Shown here one piece after another: positions 57,462 to 64,000 of a stretch of 64,000 nucleotides of DNA; positions within the stretch are counted from its first letter, which is position 1, and each line of letters starts with the position of its first letter. The notes below the pieces were generated by a model. It ran no database searches. It was not told where the DNA came from and saw only the letters and a program-made list of their open reading frames with translations. A program made the position numbers and the translations under genes. This DNA comes from Sminthopsis crassicaudata (Eukaryota). The stretch spans positions 452,567,261 through 452,631,260 of the forward strand of contig NC_133620.1 in NCBI RefSeq assembly GCF_048593235.1. The letters run 5' to 3'.

Positions 57462-59390
57462 GTGGGTGGGGGCCCTGCCGGGCACGGGGGGGGGGTCTGC
57501 CGGGCAGGACGGGAGGCGCCCAGCAGGTGCCAGTGACGGGCAGGGCTGGGGGCTCGGGGGCCCGGGGCGCTGCCGTCGGGGGCGTCGCGGCTGCCCCCCA
57601 CCCCCACGTCCCGGGCAGCCACGCACAGGGGCGCGGTGCGGCAGCGGAGCGGGGAGCTCGGTGTCCGTCTGTGGGTCCCGACCCTTCGCCCCGGGGAAGT
57701 CCCCCTGCGTGGGGGAGAAAGGGCGACACACGCACGCTCTGCGGCCGGGCTTTGTGCGCGGCTGGGGGCTTTTGTGTGGGCTTTTTAGGGGGAGGGGGCT
57801 GGCTAGGGAGCGGCCTTGGCCACGCTGCTGCGGCTGGAGAGCGACCGGTGAAGCCGGCGTATTTACACCGGAAAATACGGCCTTGGCCCCCACGTGGCCC
57901 GCGGGAGCTGCCCAGGGTCCTCCTCCCTGGCCCTCTGGCCAGGACCCCCGGCCCTCACCCCGACTTTCGCCCAGCCCCCTCCCCGAGGTTTGCAGGTGTC
58001 TGGGTTCTGCCCTTCAAGGCAGCAGCAGCCGGGCTTCTAGGCGCAGGATGCCCCTTTCCCATCGCTGCCCACAGGAGACTAGCGCTAACGGGCAGGGGCG
58101 GGCTGGGGCTCCCGTTCTCCTCGCCCACCTCCCGAAGCCCGGCTTCCGCTAGGACACAGCTGGGGCGCCGGAGCCCCGACCCGAGCTGCAAGTTAACAAA
58201 GGTGTGGGGGGCGGCGGCCTGCCGTCCCTCTGCGGCCCGCTGGCCCTCCTCGTCTTTGTCCCTTCCTTTGGATCACCAAACCCCCTCCCTCCGGGTTCTC
58301 CGGTTGGGGCGGGGAGTGGGGGGCTCTGCACCAGGGACCTCTGGGGTTTGTTTACTGAGATCCCGGGAAGGCTGGAACAGCTGGGGCTCAGCCTCCTCAC
58401 CCAGTCGCACCGGGAGGCTGGCAGCTCTGGGTGTGGACAGGGTCAGAGGTCAGGGAGAGAGACTGGGCGGGGCTCCCTAGAGGTCCCCCTAGAGACCTCC
58501 GCGGCTCTATTGTGTTTCTTGCTTCTTGACTTTTGGTGGGAGAGGAAGACCAGGGGGTCTCCTCAGACCCCGGATTCTCTAGCTTCACATATACATCTTA
58601 GCGGTTTCCCTGGGGGTGGGGAGGACAGAGCCCTTTCTTGTGCTCCCCTAATGATGTTCTTAAGGAGCGGCCTCATTCTAGTGCTGAAGGGAAAGGGCAG
58701 GTCCGGCCCAGCTCTCCCACTGTTAAAGACTGAGAAGGGCCGCAGGATGAGAGGGTTTTTAGGAATAGATAACAGCCTTTAAGGCCCTTCCAGCCCCGGA
58801 TCTAACCTATGAGCTTTAAAAATCTCGCTGCACTGGCTCCTAGCTTTAAAAAAGGGGGGAGGGGGCACAAGAACACCGACAGGGGAGAACTCCTGCCTCA
58901 TTGGTCACCAGCGCCATGCCTGCCAGGCAGCTGAGGCCATTCCCGGCTGGGATAGTCTCCTTTCTGCCTTCCTCATTTACTGCTCCCTTTTGCAGATGTA
59001 CCCGCCCCCGCCCCCATGGCCAGGGTCCCTGGGAAGGAGCTGGGGACGGAGCACTGCCTCCATCCCTCCCCTAGGTGCTTGTCCGTCCTGGGAGGGGAAG
59101 CTTGACTTGGCCACCCCAAAGCCGGATAGCTCAGTCACCCTGTGGCACAATTCACCAAGGGGCACCTGGAAGCAGGCTCACACTGTGCCCTTCCTAGGTC
59201 AATTTAGGGGACGAGGGGGGGCTCCAGAGTGAGGTCCCGCTTCGTCTGGGATCTAGGCTGAGAGGAGTAGCAGAGGCCTGCCCTCCCTCCTTGCCTCCTC
59301 TGGTAGGAAAAACAAAGCTTTCTCCAGGGAAATGCCGGCTCATGAACTGCAGAACCCTAAGGGCCAAGTCTAGGGAGGTTTCTTTAGTGA

Positions 59391-59394
<4 letters not shown>

Positions 59395-59428
<34 letters not shown>
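59395..59428. repeat. (TG)17 microsatellite in ANKRD13B intron 1
   Basis: Perfect dinucleotide run. Confidence 0.95.
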
Positions 59429-59429
<1 letters not shown>

Positions 59430-62400
59430 TTGTCCAGGCAACAACAATCCCAGAATTGGGGTGTTACCTAATCGTGTCCTGCTGAAGGGAGGAGGGGGGA
59501 GGTGATCTCGCCCCCGCCGGGGCCCATGCCCACCTCCCTGGAGAAGACAATCTGGATGAATGTAGATTCTAACCTGGTGAGAGGCCTGGAAATCTCAGCA
59601 GCAGAAATCTGAAAGGCGGAGACCTTCGCAGGCCAGAGGTTGGAAGGCTGGGAGGCTGGGTCTGAGGAAGCTGTTCTCCGCCCCAACTACCCCCAATGAC
59701 AGGAGTCCTAGCGTGGGAGCTGGGGGGGGAGGTAACAGACTCTGGGAAGAACTGACCAAAGGGGAGTTCTGGAATAATAGCAAAGCACTTCATATAGTTT
59801 GGGTCCTCGCAACAGCCCTGGGGGTAGGTTTTATTAGTATTCCCACTTTACAGAGGAGGAAACCGAGGAAAGTAGAAGCCATTCAGATGAAGTACTTGCC
59901 CACAGTCGGTGTCTGAGGTAGGATTTGAATGTGTCTTTCTGTAGCCATCCCACAAGTCCTGCAGCTGCACTGACCATGGTCTTGCCCCCAGGAAGGCCTA
60001 AGGTGGGAGCGTCTGAGCCCAGCCCTTCTACCCCAGATCCTCTCTCTTCTGCCCACACACACAGTGGCTGACAGCCATCTTGCCTTGGTTGGAGGGTGCT
60101 AGCAGGGGCGGGTAAGGTCTAAGAACAGGCCACAAACGGCCCTTATCCCTAACTCTTCCCTTCCTTCGGGACTGCGCTCAGGAACAGTCAAGATCTCGCT
60201 TGCTGAGCTGGTGTTTCCTTGAAATGGACACCGGCCCATGATCCAGTTTCCAAGGCCAGAGAAATATAGGGCAGTGACAGGGGTTACTCCTGGCCAGGAG
60301 GTTAACCCTCTCTGGGCTTCGGAGGAAGCGTGGCCGTGGCAAGATGCACGGCCTCCTTCAGGAGCAGGGGCTTGCCGTGCATCCAGAGTTACAGCGGGAC
60401 CCCCTCCCCGAAGCAGGGGGCTATCCCTAGGAAACCAGACGATGGGATTGTGTCTAAGAGATCTGTTCGAGTTCATTTAAGCCAGGCTACTTATTCCACA
60501 GGAAAGGAAACCGAGACCCAGAACAGTTAAGTTACTTACCCAAAGTCTCACAGCTGGGGGCAGGATTGGAACCGATGTCAAAGGCAGGGTTTCCCCCTCT
60601 TACCTGCATCCCAAGGGTGTCCCCAGAGTGTGGAGATATCCAGAGAGGGTGTTGCTCCCACTAATATCCCCTTTCTTGCCCAGGATGGAATTTGGGCTGG
60701 GGAATTCCTGGTGGTCTCTGGTGGGGGTTGTCAGTTTCTCATCTCAGGTTCTGAGCCCAGCCACTGCCCCTGCCTCTCTGGACACTGAGCTACAGGGATT
60801 CCCCATTCCAATTTGGCGGAACAGACACCTTCTCGACTCCAAGAAAATCCCAGTGGAGGGGGACGCCTTCAGCCGGGGCTGGCAGCTCCCTAGGGAAAGG
60901 GCAGGGAGGATGTGATGAGCTTTGGAGCAGAGAGGAAGGCTCCCCGAGCTCTGAGATACGGCTCCAGAGCTGGAAGGGCCTTCAAAGTCAACTTCTTTAT
61001 TCTACAGAGAGGGAAACTGAGGCACAGACAGGTCATGTGACAAGCCCAAAGTCCCACAGCTAGTAAGTGTTGGAGCCAGGATCCAAATCCAGCCCTGTGC
61101 CCTCTCTCCTCTGCCTAAGTTAATGGGCTCTGGCTATGAGTGGGGTTCCAGGGTGAGGTGATCGCTGGAAATCCTCCCAAAATGTTGTTGATTGGATGAC
61201 TTGGCGTGTCCATTTCACCCTGGCTGGCACCTGCACCAGGACGAATGCTGGGGGGCCGGTGGAAGATTGGCACCATGGCTGAGGCAAGGACGTCGCTCCT
61301 GCCAAGCTGCCCAGCCCAGAACCAAAGGGCAGTGGTGGTGCCAGCTTCCCCAGGACTGAGACTCCCATTAATCCAGAGGGCATCGAGCGTTCTTGAAATC
61401 CTATGTTCCTGGTGATTCTCTGGAACAAGGAGCGCTGGACAGCTCCTGTGGGGGGCAATGGGAAGTGGAGGGGCCAGAAGGCCTCCCTTGGATGTGGATG
61501 TTCTCCCTTTCTCTTCCTCCCCCCCCCCGTCTCTCCCTCCCCCCTTGCTCTCCCTCTCCTTCCCCCCCTCTTCATTCCCTCCCCCTTTCTCTTCTTCATT
61601 TTCTCTCTGTCTCTCCTGATTCTCTCTCTTCCCCGTTCTGCAATGGAACTTGGGCTGAAGGGAGCTCGCCTCGGTGCCCCCCGCCTTGACACAGACGCCT
61701 GGAACGCTCTCCCTTCTCCTTACCTTTGCTTCCTTAGAATCCTGAGTGGGAAGCGCCCTCCTACTCAGAGCCTTTCCCAATCTCTTGCTGTTCTTTCTTC
61801 TTCCCCAAATTATCTTGTTTTCTTTACAGGTTACTCCCCAATTCCCCCCTTTCTCCCCATAGAATGGAAACTCCTCAAGGACAGACAAGTTCTTTCCTGT
61901 CTTCGCCCCCCCCAGTGACCAGCCCCTGTACATACCCAGCAGATGCTGCAAAAATGGAGTTGTTAGGAAGATGTCCTCCACTCAGTCTCAGATTGCCCCC
62001 GCCCCAATTTCCCCTTATGTTGATTAGGCTTGATAGAGTGCAGGCCTTGGAGCTAGGAAGACCCAAGTTTAAAAGTCCCAATCCTACCTAGCTGTGTGAC
62101 CTGGACAAGTCATTTGACCTCAGTTTCTCATCCGTAAAATGGTGATAATAGCGCCTAGTGGCCATGGTTGTCAGGGTAACATAGGAAGTACTTTGCATCT
62201 TAACGTTTGGGCATCCTGGAGGCTGCTGGGGCTTCTGGCTTGGTTGATAAGGGATTTCGATCTGGGGACCTCTAGCTATGGGAGCTAGTGAGGATGCACA
62301 AGCACACCCCCTTCCCAATGCCCCTGAGACTCTTGGGTGGGTACATCCTGACCAACCAGCCTTGGGCATGGAGCTGTCACCGCAGGTAGGAGGTCAGAGG

Positions 62401-64000
62401 GAGCCAGCCTCAAACCCCAAAAACCAAAAATCAATGTTCCCTTGAGGCAGGAAGGAGAGAGACTGACGGACCGAGATCTCGGCTAGAAAGGTCTGGGGGT
62501 AGGGCTTCTCTCCCTCCCAGTGCCAGGCAGCCGGGCCTTCCTCCCTCCTTCCTCCCCTTCCCCCTCCCCGCCTCCCTGCTGCCTGTTGCCTTCCCTCTCA
62601 CTTAAGAAATCCTTCTGGTCTTTATTTTGAGTGCTCCAGGGGGACCCTGCCTCATTCCCTCCCTTCTAACAGGGGCAGGTATCGAAGTGCCAGGCTGCGC
62701 CAAGGTGCCCCCCAGCCGTAAGCCGGCAGGCTTGGAGGAGACAGGGCAGGGTGCCGGGTAGGGGGCACACCCGGGATGCCCCAGGCTTCGGGACAGTCAT
62801 GCCCAAGGCAGACGTGCCAGCTTGGAGAGAAGAGCCTTGAGTTCTTATAAACAACCCCCTCTGGCAGTCGGGGAGAGCTTCATGGTGCCCGCTGCTATCT
62901 AGTGGTCTTCTGTTCTGCCTTCCTTTCCTGTAAAATGGAGACGGTAAAGCCTGGGCTATGAATATGCTGGGCAGTCCTGGCTTAATCACTTACCACAAAG
63001 CCCTAGATTTGGAGACAGGCTCAAATCCCAGTTACTTCCTCTGTGACCCTGGTGAATCACGTCCTCTTGTGCCTCAGTTTCCTCATCTGTAAGATGAGAG
63101 AATCAGAGACTCAGCGTGAGGCTCACCATCATCTGTAAAATGGGGACAAATTTAAGTTCGACCACCCGCTAATTAGTTGTAGCAGCACAATCAAGCCTTA
63201 TTAGTCTTGTGCATACAGTAAGGGTTTAATAAATGTGGTTCGATAACTTTGAGTGTCACCCTCTCATTTCCCCAGACCTCAGTTTCCTCCAAGGAAAGTC
63301 GAAGCCCTAGGGCTTGGAGAATGTTCTTCCTAATGTGACATACTTTGGTGCTGCACCTCGGGGGGAGGGATAGGAGAAGCTCTAAAGGAAGAGTAAGGTT
63401 TCCTTCCCCGCCCCGCCCCCACCCCCACAAAGTCTCTCAGTCCACTGGAACCCTGGGATCAGGGCCAGGCTGGTGATACCTCCCAAGGGACGCCAGAGAC
63501 AGTTCTGGGTCGGCCCCACCCCACCCAGGACGGGATGGAAAGAGCAGCTCTATGGGATCGGGGGTTGGCTGGCTTTAGTCTCCATTCGGCCCGTCCCAGG
63601 CTACTCCCAGACAAAGCTGGAAGGGGCCTCAGTCTAGTCCGGCCAGACCCTTCTTCTAGAGAGGAACCTGAGCCAGGGCCGCACGCCGGTACGGCCTTGT
63701 GCCGGTGTACAAGCATGGCCCTAGAAAGACAGAGTCTAGGTGGGGCCTTGCCCGCTCGTCCAATGCCTTCATTTTTCGGAGGTTCAGGGAGAAAGGCGAC
63801 TTGTCCAGTGGAATGACCCTTGCTAGGGCCCCGGGGGCAGACTCAAGACTCCTGTTTCCTGTGTGGCTAGGTACTCACCCTCACACGTGCGCCATGAACT
63901 CTGGTGCGCACATTCCTATTTGCCGCTGCTGTTACATGGAATACACGTGTGTGCACGTGGACATGCTGTTCTGTGTCTGACGCTAGAGGAAGCGAGTCTG

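Larger units (their letters stand above)
56530..58330. promoter_or_regulatory. ANKRD13B CpG island
   Basis: Dense CpG around coding exon 1. Confidence 0.85.

Noticed and set aside
56921-58480. 519-aa plus-strand ORF and other long Pro/Gly/Arg-rich ORFs in CpG islands (e.g. 18227..19252, 50996..51601, 57015..57893, 61115..61981)
   Set aside because: Low-complexity, stop-poor GC-rich or pyrimidine-tract sequence; out of frame with or antisense to real exons; no recognisable homology.
57462-64000. Search for ANKRD13B exon 2 (VDIEQLDPRGRTPLHL-like)
   Set aside because: No matching sequence seen; this stretch appears to be intron 1 with MIR/L2 relics and simple repeats.
1-64000. rRNA, tRNA, snoRNA, or prokaryotic/viral defence systems
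   Set aside because: None recognisable. The only A/B-box sequences belong to tRNA-derived SINEs.

Overview
Eukaryotic genomic DNA, not prokaryotic. It is very GC-rich and almost certainly marsupial, probably dasyurid, judging by CORE-type SINEs ending in AATTGCCTCA-A(n) and marsupial-type L1 3' ends. The window is syntenic with the mammalian TAOK1-ABHD15-TP53I13-GIT1-ANKRD13B block. It contains: the distal non-coding 3' end of the upstream + strand gene (probably TAOK1, about 1-4290); complete ABHD15 (- strand, 2 exons, 486 aa); complete TP53I13 (+ strand, 7 exons, 399 aa); complete GIT1 (- strand, 21 coding exons including a 27-nt microexon, 770 aa); and coding exon 1 of ANKRD13B (+ strand). 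All exon boundaries were read by hand at GT-AG sites, and the reading frames close correctly. The rest is CpG islands, SINE/L1/L2/DNA-transposon relics, microsatellites and one 66-bp minisatellite. Most long ORFs in the supplied track are GC-rich shadow ORFs. I found no CRISPR array, rRNA, tRNA or convincing wholly new gene system. The best leads are regulatory: a candidate second in-frame 30-nt GIT1 microexon beside an RBFOX/UG-repeat/UGC module; a 60-nt poison exon or recursive-splice-like site in GIT1 intron 1; a uORF whose stop overlaps the ANKRD13B start (ATGA); an orphan CpG-island promoter between GIT1 and ANKRD13B; and a possible decayed exon in TP53I13 intron 3. All leads are hypotheses that need RNA-seq, Ribo-seq or alignment.
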